DNA of 64,000 nucleotides from Candidatus Sysuiplasmataceae archaeon (GTDB lineage Archaea; Thermoplasmatota; Thermoplasmata; Sysuiplasmatales; Sysuiplasmataceae): assembly GCA_046706185.1 (NCBI GenBank), contig JBJKPR010000053.1, positions 7,950 to 71,949 of the forward strand, in the 5' to 3' direction. Under the pieces are notes generated by a model, which did no database searches, was not told the DNA's origin, and saw only the letters and a program-made list of their open reading frames with translations. This document shows, one piece after another, positions 38,426 through 48,193 of the stretch (the stretch's first letter is position 1; each line of letters begins with the position of its first letter). The position numbers and the translations under genes are program-made.

Positions 38426-40117
38426 CTACTTTACTTCCGGCGACGGCTGTGTGACTGCCTGTGCCGGCGCTGAGTCCTTTTCAGGACTTTCACTCTCCAC
38501 TATGAGCGGCTTCCTGCTCACCTTCGGCCTGAGTGCCGACGGTATCAGCGCAGCAATCACGATGGCACCGAATATAATGAAGACCTTGTGGAAGGAGTCC
38601 ATGAATGTGAACCACTGAGCCTGGTACTGCGCGCTGTTGACAACCGAGGCAGGCAGGTTCTGTATGGTGCCGACAAAGAGAGTGATGAAGCTCGAGACGT
38701 TTACTGTTGTGCCTATAAAGACAAAGGCTATAGTCATTGCCATCATGCTTGCGACGTTAAGCATTGTCGAGTTCGTCGCGGCACCTACGCCCCTGTCCTT
38801 CGCCTCGACTGAGTTCATTATTGATGCTATGTTTGGCGACGCAAAGAGCCCCCCGCCTATTCCCGCAAGAGCAAGAATGGCGGAAAGCTCCACTACAGAC
38901 ACAGTCTGCGGAACAATGCCGAGTATGAACAGAATCAGTGCGGACAGCGCGATGCCTGCCGTCGTCAGGCCGCGGTAGCCGATCCTGTCGGATATCATGC
39001 CGCTGAGAGGGCCGGCGGCAAGGAAACCGAGGCTCATCGGTATCAGCCAGAGTCCTGCGTTGAACGCACTCAGCCCCTTGACGCCCTCAAGGAAGAACAC
39101 GAGGAGAAACATCATGCCCCCCCTTCCAAGCGAGAGGAATGTGGCTGAAATCACACCTGCTCTGAACATCCTGTTCTTGAAAAGGCTGAACTTCATAAGC
39201 GGGTACTTTGCCCAGTAGACCTCGTTAATGATGAAGAGCGCAAACATTGCGGCTGCCACGGAGAAGCATATGATGCTGTATCCAAGGTAGGGATGGAATG
39301 TGCTGTAGAGCACATTGCCTCCAGACGAGGTACCGGCTGTCATTCCCCCAAGCGTGTAGAATGTTGAGCCGAGCAGAAGAAGCGCTATTGAACCGGAGAA
39401 GAAGAAGGCGCCTGGCACATCGATCGATTCGTTCTTCGCCGGCTTGGACAGTTCGTGCAGCCGTGTGTAAGCCCATATGGTCGCGAATGCCCCTATTGGC
39501 ACATTAATGAAAAATATGTATCTCCAGCTGGCCACGGAGGTTATGACGCCGCCTAGAACAAGGCCCAGCATGCTCCCGCCGACGCCCGAGACCATGTTGG
39601 TTCCGAGGGCGAGCCCCCGCTGGTTCGGTGGAAATGCGTCGGTCAGAAGGGCTGCAGAGTTGGACCAGAGCATGGCTGCGCCGATAGCCTGGAGGAACCT
39701 GAACATGACAAGCTGGACACCCTCCGTCATCCACCCGTTTGGTATCACTATGCCGGAAAAGCCAGCGAGTAGGGAGCCGACGGTGAAGATTGCAAAACCT
39801 GCATTGTATATCTTCACCCTCCCCTTGAGGTCTGCTATCCTGCCGAAGAAGATGAGCAGGGTAGCTGTAATAAGCATATAGCCCATCAGCGACCAGATTA
39901 CATATATGAAGGAGTTGGCAGATGCAATGGCGAAGGCCGCGGAGGAGGGAGGCGAACTGCCGCCCGGGACATGCCGCAGTATGCTCTGCAGTATGTACGG
40001 CAATGATATGATCACAATGCTTGTGTCAATCGAAGCCATGAGTATTGCAATTGTGGTGTTGGAAAGCACTATCCATTTGTAGCCAGGGGATCTGGTTGCA
40101 TCCGAGCCGTGTTTCAT
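38426..40117 (-). CDS. MFS transporter (14-TM DHA2-like drug:H+ antiporter family)
   Basis: 563 aa. Many TM helices. MFS loop motifs (GRIADLKGRVKIY). Hydrophilic C-terminal tail. Confidence 0.8.
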   Translation of the reverse strand: MKHGSDATRSPGYKWIVLSNTTIAILMASIDTSIVIISLPYILQSILRHVPGGSSPPSSAAFAIASANSFIYVIWSLMGYMLITATLLIFFGRIADLKGRVKIYNAGFAIFTVGSLLAGFSGIVIPNGWMTEGVQLVMFRFLQAIGAAMLWSNSAALLTDAFPPNQRGLALGTNMVSGVGGSMLGLVLGGVITSVASWRYIFFINVPIGAFATIWAYTRLHELSKPAKNESIDVPGAFFFSGSIALLLLGSTFYTLGGMTAGTSSGGNVLYSTFHPYLGYSIICFSVAAAMFALFIINEVYWAKYPLMKFSLFKNRMFRAGVISATFLSLGRGGMMFLLVFFLEGVKGLSAFNAGLWLIPMSLGFLAAGPLSGMISDRIGYRGLTTAGIALSALILFILGIVPQTVSVVELSAILALAGIGGGLFASPNIASIMNSVEAKDRGVGAATNSTMLNVASMMAMTIAFVFIGTTVNVSSFITLFVGTIQNLPASVVNSAQYQAQWFTFMDSFHKVFIIFGAIVIAALIPSALRPKVSRKPLIVESESPEKDSAPAQAVTQPSPEVK

Positions 40118-40325
40118 TACGAATTCTAACCTCTTGGACCGAGGTGGTTTGAAAAAACAATGTATATAAGTACTCTTGGAATGGATGCGCAGCTACGGCA
40201 TGACAACCATTGCCGAAATGGACGTGCCTCGATCGAGCATGGTTTTCTTCTGAGTGTGTGGGTCGATGGGCATCATTACAATCTGAAGAGAGCAGTAATA
40301 AGGATACGAGTAGGATGATTGTCTC

Positions 40326-40721
40326 ATGTTGGACCGCGATGCAAGTACTGCAAAGAGCCTGGCCCTTGCGACCGTGATACTCGAAGCCGTATTCTTTGCC
40401 ATAGGAGTCCTGGTTCTTGTGGCCGCGCTGGTGGGTACAGCCGTTTCTGGGGTAAGCATGAGCACACTCGGCATCGTGACAGTTGTGTTCATGGTGCTCT
40501 TTGCAATAGGCCTGATGTGGCTGCTTCTCGACTACTACCTGGTATACAAGCCCCTGGCACAGGAACGCGTCAGGGACGCAGAGACACCATCTATAGTGCT
40601 CGGGATAATACAGCTCATATTGGGCGGAGTCATACCTGGTATACTCCTCATCATAGCATATGTGAAGATACGCGATTCCCTCGAGAACATGATGAGGACA
40701 AGACCGGCCGCCGCTGCCTGA
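40326..40721 (+). CDS. small 4-TM membrane protein, family A (paralog of 44133-44579)
   Basis: 131 aa. Shares with its paralog the N-terminal MLDxDAxSAKSLxLA and C-terminal AETPxIVLGIxQLxLGGxIxGIxLIxAYVKIRDS. Confidence 0.6.
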   Translation: MLDRDASTAKSLALATVILEAVFFAIGVLVLVAALVGTAVSGVSMSTLGIVTVVFMVLFAIGLMWLLLDYYLVYKPLAQERVRDAETPSIVLGIIQLILGGVIPGILLIIAYVKIRDSLENMMRTRPAAAA

Positions 40722-40807
40722 TAGTGCCAGACGGCACCGGGCAGGCAGACAGACTACAAGGGAACTGGCAATTCTGACTGCATCAGGGCAGGTGCCACTC
40801 ATGCTCC

Positions 40808-41953
40808 TTACGCCGACAGTTCTTGAGTTCTGTCTGTCTTTTCCCACGTGAACTCCGGTTCCTGCCTTCCGAAGTGCCCATAGCAGGAGGTCTTCCTGTA
40901 GATGGGGCGGCGCAGGTCGAGATCCCTTATTATTGCGCCAGGCCGGAAGTTGAATATCCGTCTGACATGCTCCTCAAGCAGCTCATCCTCCATCTTCCCA
41001 GTCCCAAGCGTGTCTATCATGAGGGAAACGGGTGAGGAGACGCCTATTGCGTACGCGAGCTGAAGGACACATTTTGATGCAAGCCCCGCACTGACCACAT
41101 TCTTCGCAACGTACCTGGCCATGTAGCTGCCGGACCTGTCCACCTTAGTGGGATCCTTTCCTGAAAAACAGCCCCCGCCGTGAGAACCGAAACCGCCGTA
41201 GCTGTCCACCACAATCTTCCTGCCTGTGAGGCCAGTGTCCGCCCTGGTCCCGCCTATAACGAACCTGCCCGTTTCGTTGATGAAGTACCTAGTGCTCGAA
41301 TCCACCATCCCTTCAGGCAGTGAGGGAACGATCACCTCGCTGATGACATCTCTCCTCAGTCTGTCCATGTTCACTTCCTCCGTGTGCTGGGCGGCGACAA
41401 CCACGGCGCCGACATGAACCGGCTTCCCGTCTCTGTAGTCCACTGTGACCTGCGATTTGCCATCAGGCCTGAGGTAGGGAAGCGAGCCGTTCTTCCTTAT
41501 CGATGCCAGCCTTCTCGATATGCCGTGAGCGAGGAGTATTGGCATGGGCATGAGAGCATCTGTCTCATCCGAAGCATAACCGAACATTATGCCCTGATCT
41601 CCGGCACCCATTTCCTCCCCCGGCCTGTTGACACCGACTGAAATGTCTGGCGACTGCTCCTCGATCGAAACGAGAACGCCGCAGGTCTTCCAGTCTATTC
41701 CGTCCCTGGCGTTGTCCAGCCCTATCTCGCGCAATACGTCCCTTACAACCGAAGAGTAGTCAATTCTTGCCGAGGTCGTTATCTGCCCTGTAAGTATCAC
41801 TGTCCCCTGCAGAAGCATCGTCTCGCAGTCGACCTTGGAATTTCTGTCCTCGGCGATTGCTGTGTCAAGTATTGCATCCGATATCTGATCGGCCACCTTG
41901 TCTGGATGCCCTTCGGTGACAGACTCTGATGTAAAGCTGAAGTTTTTTGGCAA
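40808..41953 (-). CDS. metK: S-adenosylmethionine synthetase, bacterial/eukaryotic type (MetK)
   Basis: 381 aa. [49 protein letters not shown] - the classic MetK signatures, not the archaeal MAT family. Confidence 0.9.
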   Translation of the reverse strand: MPKNFSFTSESVTEGHPDKVADQISDAILDTAIAEDRNSKVDCETMLLQGTVILTGQITTSARIDYSSVVRDVLREIGLDNARDGIDWKTCGVLVSIEEQSPDISVGVNRPGEEMGAGDQGIMFGYASDETDALMPMPILLAHGISRRLASIRKNGSLPYLRPDGKSQVTVDYRDGKPVHVGAVVVAAQHTEEVNMDRLRRDVISEVIVPSLPEGMVDSSTRYFINETGRFVIGGTRADTGLTGRKIVVDSYGGFGSHGGGCFSGKDPTKVDRSGSYMARYVAKNVVSAGLASKCVLQLAYAIGVSSPVSLMIDTLGTGKMEDELLEEHVRRIFNFRPGAIIRDLDLRRPIYRKTSCYGHFGRQEPEFTWEKTDRTQELSA

Positions 41954-42033
41954 ATTTGTTTACCCCTTCTACTGTATTGCGTTACAGCCGTATATTGAAT
42001 GCCTCTTTCCAGAATGCTCAGCCGTCTTCAGAG

Positions 42034-42627
42034 ATGGATGCCGGCCTCCCTCCGGCAAATACAAGGTTGAGATGGGCATTGCGGTTACGTCAGACAGTGA
42101 GCACATACGTCGCCTTGCTTCGCGCCGTCAACGTGGGCGGAAACAAATTGAGGATGGAAGATGCCAGGGGAATCTTCTCTTCCGCCGGCGCCATGAACGT
42201 TCGCACATACAGGCAGAGCGGTAACGTGGTGTTCTGCTTCGACGGGGGAGGGGTTGACAGGTTGCTTGGCGTTATTGCTGATCGGCTCCTTGAAAGCGTT
42301 GGATTGAAGACTGCCATACTCTCAAGGACAGCGGACGAACTCAGGAAGGTGATTGCCTGCCTTCCCTTCAGTGGCGCAGGCGAAAGCAAACTGCATGTGA
42401 CCTTTCTGTCATCCCGGCCACATCGGTTTTCCACCGAAGAGATTGAAGGTGCGTGTACTGGTGATGAAAAATACCTCCTGGCTGGCAGGGAGATTTACCT
42501 GTACTGTCCTTATGGCTACGGGAGAACCAAGCTTACAAACAACTTCTTTGAGAAAGAGCTTGGTGTCCAGGCTACAACACGCAACTGGAGAACCGTGCGT
42601 GCGTTGTCATCTATTTCTGACGATTGA
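42034..42627 (+). CDS. DUF1697-family protein
   Basis: YVALLRAVNVGGNKL motif. The ORF opens at 41947, overlapping the metK start, so the ATG at 42034 is preferred. Confidence 0.55.
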   Translation: MDAGLPPANTRLRWALRLRQTVSTYVALLRAVNVGGNKLRMEDARGIFSSAGAMNVRTYRQSGNVVFCFDGGGVDRLLGVIADRLLESVGLKTAILSRTADELRKVIACLPFSGAGESKLHVTFLSSRPHRFSTEEIEGACTGDEKYLLAGREIYLYCPYGYGRTKLTNNFFEKELGVQATTRNWRTVRALSSISDD

Positions 42628-42725
42628 CGCAGCGTGCAGATGAGCAATACCAGTCATACGTTGAATCAACATTGGTAAAAAAACAAAGACATTTGTACCA
42701 GGGCAGTGTCGATTGAACGGAGGGC

Positions 42726-43517
42726 GTGTGTGATGGAGCGATGCTTGAAATGAAACTCGTACCCGCAGTTCCGCTCGCAATTCCACTGAACTTTGGCAGC
42801 CTGCAGGTGGCTCTCCTTGCAGTGGAACTTGCACTGCTCGCTGCAACGGTCGTGCTGATATTCGCCACACGCAGGGAATTGAAGGCACGAGATGCGCTTA
42901 TGCAGCATGTGTCAATGGCCACAGAAGCGATTACAAGGCAGGAGTACTTCGAGACAGTTATTGCAGCCATACGGTCCAGCAGACGACAGATATGCGCAGT
43001 TGTGACTGGAACAAACCCCTCCCCTGAAGAGGCTGAGGTCCTGAAGGTCATAATGGACACTGTCAAGCAGGCATGCTCTGACGGTGTCCAGATACGCTAT
43101 CTGCTTCCCAGTTCTCCTGACAGGCTCGAAATGGCAAGGAGGTACAGGCTGGCGGGTGCCGAGGTGATGTTTCACCCCGACCTTCTCGTCAACGATGCAC
43201 GTTTCATGATAGTGGATGACAGGGCAGTGATAATAGGCGTACCGGCGCAGGATGGAAGGAGCATGCCGACAAAGCACGGGCACAGCATAGCCTCGGAAAG
43301 CATTGCACACGTGTTCAGGGAGAGGTTCGAAAAGCAGTGGCATTCCGCAGACGCAATTTCATATACTGACTTCCTCTCGGAGCTAGTGACCAAAGCCAGG
43401 CGCTTCAATCCAGAGGTGTCTTCCGATGTGATTGCGCACAATCTGAGGATCGCAAAGGAGGACATAGAGCACGCCGAATCTGCGTCGCATGAAAGGCAGT
43501 TCGGGAGCACGGCATGA
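42726..43517 (+). CDS. hypothetical membrane-anchored protein (N-terminal TM helix; possible degenerate PLD-like segment)
   Basis: 263 aa. Helix LQVALLAVELALLAATVVLIFA. FMIVDDRAVIIG resembles a phospholipase-D HKD half-site lacking H/K. Weak. Confidence 0.35.
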   Translation: MCDGAMLEMKLVPAVPLAIPLNFGSLQVALLAVELALLAATVVLIFATRRELKARDALMQHVSMATEAITRQEYFETVIAAIRSSRRQICAVVTGTNPSPEEAEVLKVIMDTVKQACSDGVQIRYLLPSSPDRLEMARRYRLAGAEVMFHPDLLVNDARFMIVDDRAVIIGVPAQDGRSMPTKHGHSIASESIAHVFRERFEKQWHSADAISYTDFLSELVTKARRFNPEVSSDVIAHNLRIAKEDIEHAESASHERQFGSTA

Positions 43518-43862
43518 CATTCAGTGACTGCTGTCTGCACAGCCAACCTTGGAGAAGAATGGGAGGCACAGGCATGATAGCCTTCGCCACATAGAGCCGC
43601 CCACAGTCGGAGGGAAGGAAGAGTTGAGAACGGAAAGGATCGAACATGGCAGTGTAAACCCTCCCGCGCATACGAATCAGAAACGAGTCACCCGGCACCG
43701 GCTCATAGTCTCGGTTCCCTATCGACGAGCCGGCCCCGACAACGGTGTTTTGGATACATCCCTTCAGGCGAAAGTTGGATTTGTACGCAATATGCACAAC
43801 CGCAACACAGCAGACACGCGCTATGACACAAAGAGCCTGGAAACAAGTTCAAATACGGAGAG

Positions 43863-43935
43863 TAGCCCCGGGCAGATTCGAACTGCCGTCGCAAGATCCA
43901 GAGTCTCGCATGATTGACCGCTACACTACGGGGCT
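43863..43935 (-). tRNA. tRNA-Gln (anticodon CUG)
   Basis: Hand-folded cloverleaf: 7-bp acceptor AGCCCCG/CGGGGCT, discriminator A, T-arm GGCAG-TTCGAAT-CTGCC, anticodon stem CGAGA/TCTTG with loop CUCUGGA. No encoded CCA. AT-rich box ~25-35 nt upstream. Confidence 0.8.
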
Positions 43936-44132
43936 AATACGAGTGCGCACTACAATCGAAATAGTAAATAAAACTAATCCAAAGGGCTGCAGCGGTCTTC
44001 CTGCGGGAGTGCCGACTGGAGTCAGGGGCAGGGAGCGGATACTGCCTGCGGCAATCAGGGTAACGTGAAGAACCATGGGGGCCTGACAACGGCCGGTAAA
44101 GGATTAATAAAACACTCCCTGTTGTTGGTACC

Positions 44133-44579
44133 ATGCTGGATCCTGATGCTGAAAGTGCAAAGTCGCTGACACTCGCAGCTATCATAATCCAAGCCGCGTT
44201 CTCTGCTGTCGGCGTCCTTATGGTCCTGATGTTCACCACATTCTACCTGACCTACGCGCCATCGCTGCCGGCTGGCCAGACGGGCACGACAATGCCAGTT
44301 TTCCTGCCGGGAATTTTCGTGGCTGCCTTCGGCTTCTCCTTTTCAATCGGCCTGCTGTGGATACTCCTTGACTATTTTCTGATTTACAAGAAACTCGCAG
44401 AGGGAAGGGTCGCCGAGGCGGAGACACCTGGCATAGTCCTCGGCATAGCACAGCTGGTCTTGGGAGGACTGATATCGGGCATAATGCTGATAGTGGCGTA
44501 TGTCAAGATACGGGATTCAAGGACAAGATATCCACAGAGGTACGGATACACACAACCCCCGACTCCTCCGGCGTACTGA
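44133..44579 (+). CDS. small 4-TM membrane protein, family A paralog with Pro/Tyr-rich C-tail
   Basis: 148 aa. See 40326-40721. Confidence 0.6.
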   Translation: MLDPDAESAKSLTLAAIIIQAAFSAVGVLMVLMFTTFYLTYAPSLPAGQTGTTMPVFLPGIFVAAFGFSFSIGLLWILLDYFLIYKKLAEGRVAEAETPGIVLGIAQLVLGGLISGIMLIVAYVKIRDSRTRYPQRYGYTQPPTPPAY

Positions 44580-44606
44580 GGTAAGGGGGAAGAGGAGGTC
44601 TTCGGA

Positions 44607-45095
44607 ATGGCTCTGAACATAGAAACGGTAGATATAGAGACGGCGGAAAACTCGAACACGATCATAGCGCAGGCGCATTTCATAAAAACTGTCGAGGATG
44701 TATACGAGGCTCTCGTGTCAAGCGCACCCGGAATAAGGTTCGGTCTTGCCTTCAACGAGGCGTCAGGGCCCTGCCTGGTGAGGACAGATGGAAATGATGA
44801 GAAGCTGGTCGGCCTGGCTGCACGAAATGCGCTCAGAATAGGCGCCGGGCATCTGCTGGTGATCGCGATAGAAAATGCTTTTCCGATAAACGTCATGAAC
44901 GCTCTGAGGTCTGTCCATGAGGTTACAACAATCTACTGTGCAACATCAAATCCGCTGAAGGCAGTTGTCCTCAGGGAAGGAGGGGGCGCGGCACTGATTG
45001 GGGTCATCGACGGCAAGTCACCCACGGGCGTGGAGTCACCTGCAGACAAGAAAGACAGGCACGATTTCCTGAGAAGGATAGGATACAAGAGGTAG
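44607..45095 (+). CDS. conserved archaeal ~160-aa protein, possibly adenosine-specific-kinase-like family (PF04008-like)
   Basis: Recall-level resemblance only (HFIKTVEDV...GAGHLLVI...FPINVMN...). Confidence 0.35.
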   Translation: MALNIETVDIETAENSNTIIAQAHFIKTVEDVYEALVSSAPGIRFGLAFNEASGPCLVRTDGNDEKLVGLAARNALRIGAGHLLVIAIENAFPINVMNALRSVHEVTTIYCATSNPLKAVVLREGGGAALIGVIDGKSPTGVESPADKKDRHDFLRRIGYKR

Positions 45096-46082
45096 TCACT
45101 GCACCCCGGCAACATGCTTCAGAACTGTGTCAGAGACGTTGCCGCCCGTGATTATCAGCGCAACGCTCTTCACGCCCTCGTTACCCAGCTCCCGACCGTA
45201 CTTCAGAAGAGCGGCGACCGTTGAAGCACTGGCCGGCTCCATCAGTATGTGGGATGAGCGCCACATGTCTGAAACCGCATCCAGTATCTCTGCATCAGTT
45301 ACTGTGAAAATATCTCTGACTCTTTCGCGCACAATTGCGACATTGACTTCGCCCGGTGTGGAGACCATGATGCCGTCTGCAACCGTTTCTGACCTCGAAG
45401 TCACCGGCCTTCCCTCCTTCACCGACAGCCTCATAGACTGTGCCCCCTCTGCCTGGACACCGAATATCGCCGTTGAAGAAATGCCGGAGTAGGAGAGAGC
45501 TATACCTGATATCAGACCGCCGCCGCCTATGGGGCAGAGAACTGCGTCGACCTTCTTCTGTTCCTGAAGCTCAAGACCGATGGTACCCTGTCCCCCTATG
45601 ATCTCCGGATCGTCGAAGGAGGGTATCAGCGGTATGCCATGTTCCGCGGAGTAGGCGCGGGCATATCGTATCCTCTCGTCCGATGTCGTTCCAGCGAATG
45701 CCACCTCGGCGCCCATGTCCCTTATCATCTGGAGCTTCGACTGGTTTACATTCTCAGGCAGGACAATAACCGCCCTTTTCCCTAGCACCGCCGCCATATA
45801 TGCCACTGCTATCCCGTGATTGCCGGACGAGGCGGTTATGATGCTGTCGTCACTCATCCTCGAGATCTTGTTGGCCGCTCCCCTGATCTTGAAAGAATGC
45901 ACTGGCTGGTACAGTTCGAGCTTGAGGCTTACGTCGATCCCTGCCATTTTCGTCAGATGGAAATCCATGTAGAGCGGGGTCTTTATGCAGTAACCGTACA
46001 CGACCTTCGACGCCTCTACAACTACTTCCTTCCCGATCATGGAGAGGACAATGAACGGAACCCATTCATAAAAGCCTTGCAC
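45096..46082 (-). CDS. PLP-dependent threonine/serine dehydratase (threonine ammonia-lyase-like)
   Basis: HSFKIRGA lysine-PLP motif. Gly-rich loop PIGGGGLISG. Start could be the ATG at 46082 or the one 14 codons downstream (46040). Confidence 0.7.
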   Translation of the reverse strand: MQGFYEWVPFIVLSMIGKEVVVEASKVVYGYCIKTPLYMDFHLTKMAGIDVSLKLELYQPVHSFKIRGAANKISRMSDDSIITASSGNHGIAVAYMAAVLGKRAVIVLPENVNQSKLQMIRDMGAEVAFAGTTSDERIRYARAYSAEHGIPLIPSFDDPEIIGGQGTIGLELQEQKKVDAVLCPIGGGGLISGIALSYSGISSTAIFGVQAEGAQSMRLSVKEGRPVTSRSETVADGIMVSTPGEVNVAIVRERVRDIFTVTDAEILDAVSDMWRSSHILMEPASASTVAALLKYGRELGNEGVKSVALIITGGNVSDTVLKHVAGVQ

Positions 46083-46093
46083 ATATGCGTGGT

Positions 46094-46891
46094 TCAGTCC
46101 TGCCAGTCGACGCCGACAGTCTTCAGCCCGATCCTCGGGATTGATGGAAGCCTTCTCTTGTGGCGCGAGGAGTGGATCATGCCGACCACCCTCTCGACAG
46201 TCCCGACGGGAAGACCGGCCGCAGCAGCAGCCTCCTCATTGCTCTTGCCAGTTTCAATTGCATAAAGGATGCTGTCGAGCTCGTTGTACGTCAGCCCAAG
46301 CTCCCCTTCGTCCGTCTGCCCTGGCCAGAGCCCGGCGGTTGGCGTCTTTGTTATGAACACGGAAGGGAGGCCAACCTGCGATGCAAGCTCCCGCAGCTGT
46401 GTCTTGTAAAGGTCGCCAATGGGGCAGAAGTCAGATGCGCCGTCACCGAACTTCGTATAGTAGCCTGTCAGGAATTCGCTCTTGTTGCTTGTTCCGGCAA
46501 CCAGCAGATGCTCTGTGTTGGCGATTGAGTAAACAAGTATCATCCTCACCCTTGCCTTGATGTTGCCAATGGACTTCGTGTCTGAAATGCCTTCGAGCGA
46601 TACAAACTGCTTCACTATATCCCCTATGGAGTACCTGTGTATATGGACACCAAGCGATCCTGCAAATGCGATTGCATCTTCAGCATCCTTTCCGTTTTCT
46701 GCGCTCTCAGGAAGTATTAGAACGTGAACACTTGAAGCACCGAGTGCCTCCACGCAGAGCTTGAGGGTCAATGCGGAGTCAATGCCGCCGCTGAGGTTGA
46801 GTGCAACACCCGATGCGCCGCTCTCCTCCACTTTTTCCCTGATGAATGAGATGATCTTGCCGTGGGCATCGCTGCTCAGAGTTGGTTTCAC
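46094..46891 (-). CDS. nadE: NH3-dependent NAD+ synthetase
   Basis: 265 aa. PP-loop SGGIDS. Confidence 0.85.
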   Translation of the reverse strand: MKPTLSSDAHGKIISFIREKVEESGASGVALNLSGGIDSALTLKLCVEALGASSVHVLILPESAENGKDAEDAIAFAGSLGVHIHRYSIGDIVKQFVSLEGISDTKSIGNIKARVRMILVYSIANTEHLLVAGTSNKSEFLTGYYTKFGDGASDFCPIGDLYKTQLRELASQVGLPSVFITKTPTAGLWPGQTDEGELGLTYNELDSILYAIETGKSNEEAAAAAGLPVGTVERVVGMIHSSRHKRRLPSIPRIGLKTVGVDWQD

Positions 46892-46995
46892 ATTCCGGGT
46901 ATTGAGGTTCTGTATCTAAAACTGTCGGGAGTGCTGCTCTGCAGGCATTGGACACACAGCTGCATGCACCCGGCTCCCCCAGTGCATCGATCATG

Positions 46996-47003
46996 ATTAA
47001 ATA
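46996..47003 (+). promoter_or_regulatory. TATA-like box (ATTAAATA) 25 nt upstream of tRNA-Ser
   Basis: Position and AT-richness. Confidence 0.45.
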
Positions 47004-47027
47004 CGGATGTCAAATAACGATGGTTAG

Positions 47028-47127
47028 GCCGAGGTGGCCCAGCCCGGTAAGGCGCGAGCCTGGAATTCTCAACGGCAAGCTCGTGTCGCTCTGCGACTCG
47101 GGAGTTCAAATCTCCCCCTCGGCGCCA
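47028..47127 (+). tRNA. tRNA-Ser (anticodon GGA) with putative 12-nt intron after position 37; CCA encoded
   Basis: Acceptor GCCGAGG/CCTCGGC, discriminator G, long variable arm GTCGC-TCT-GCGAC, T-arm GGGAG-TTCAAAT-CTCCC. Anticodon stem CGAGC/GCTCG only closes if 47066-47077 is excised. Confidence 0.7.
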
Positions 47128-47158
47128 TGCGTGTGGAAGCTGTTTGTGTCAGTGATTG

Positions 47159-47695
47159 TTACGTCGCCCTGTCAGCAGCCTTCTTGATATTCTCGCCAGC
47201 AAGCCTGTAGAGGGACCAGTCCTTGAGTTCGGTGGCGCCGAGCTTCCCGTAGAAGCTGAGTGCCATGCTGTTCCACTTCAGCACAGACCATTCCATCCTG
47301 CCGCACTTTCTTCTCTGCGCAATCGAGGCGAGGTGTGAGAACATCCTGCCTCCCACCCCCGCGCGCCTGAACTCCTGCTTCACGAAAATGTCCTCGAGGT
47401 AGAGTGTCGGCCTGGCGAGGAATGTGGAATACGTCATGAAGTACACAGCGTAGGCAACAGCCACTCTCCCGCTGAATGCCATCAGAAGCTCGAACCTTCT
47501 CCTCTTTCCGAAGGCGTCCCTTATCAGCCTTCTCATCTCCTCCCTGCCCGGCGGTTTCAGCTTCTCATAGGATGCAAGTTCCGTAACAAGTGAAATGAAC
47601 TGCTCCGTATCAGCGACTCTTGCCGCCCTTATTCTGATATCGCCATTCTTCATCATACCCGGCACCTTTTCTGCCTGAGAACAGGGAGGGTGCAT
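47159..47695 (-). CDS. GNAT-family N-acetyltransferase
   Basis: 178 aa. Acetyl-CoA motif RRAGVGGRMFSHL. Confidence 0.7.
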   Translation of the reverse strand: MHPPCSQAEKVPGMMKNGDIRIRAARVADTEQFISLVTELASYEKLKPPGREEMRRLIRDAFGKRRRFELLMAFSGRVAVAYAVYFMTYSTFLARPTLYLEDIFVKQEFRRAGVGGRMFSHLASIAQRRKCGRMEWSVLKWNSMALSFYGKLGATELKDWSLYRLAGENIKKAADRAT

Positions 47696-47754
47696 ATCAG
47701 GTTAATTGTGTCTCTTGCCGCTTTCTGGAGAAGAATCCAGTTTGATGCCCCTTC

Positions 47755-48129
47755 TCATCCCTGGCGGTACTCCACTCCCTTGCCGCCCTCTGGATAGCTC
47801 CATGTTATGGCGCCCTTGCCTATGTGTTTGCACACAATAACGCACGCACCCAGCTCGAGGCAGTCCTCTGGATGGTAGGCGATATCGCCCTTTTCATCAA
47901 GCCTGTACACCTTTGCCGGACAGATGAAAAGGCATGGTTTTGACTCGCAGGTACGGCATACCTGTGTATCTACCTTGATGAAGTCGTTGCTGCCAAAGTC
48001 GTAGGTGTCCACACCAATCCGCTCTTCTACGGAAAGCCTCTTGGTCTCCTGCCCGGCAGGCTCAGCCATGGGCTGTTGTAAGAGTTGCTTCTGAAATAAA
48101 CCTTCCGTAGAGGGATGGCGGAATGACAC
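47755..48129 (-). CDS. small 4Fe-4S ferredoxin-like protein (FixX-like)
   Basis: Cys clusters CRTCESKPCLFICP and CLELGACVIVCK. Likely true start MAEPAGQ at 48069. Confidence 0.5.
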   Translation of the reverse strand: MSFRHPSTEGLFQKQLLQQPMAEPAGQETKRLSVEERIGVDTYDFGSNDFIKVDTQVCRTCESKPCLFICPAKVYRLDEKGDIAYHPEDCLELGACVIVCKHIGKGAITWSYPEGGKGVEYRQG

Positions 48130-48193
48130 CGGAGGGGAGAAAAGTCCGACGTGTCAGGCGTTCAATTTCGTGAAACAACAGCTGCCAGGGAAC

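Noticed and set aside
40026-40847. 273-aa His/Cys-rich ORF on the minus strand
   Set aside because: Overlaps the MFS start, the promoter region and the whole small membrane gene on the opposite strand. The composition (runs of H, C, Q) looks like an antisense artefact.
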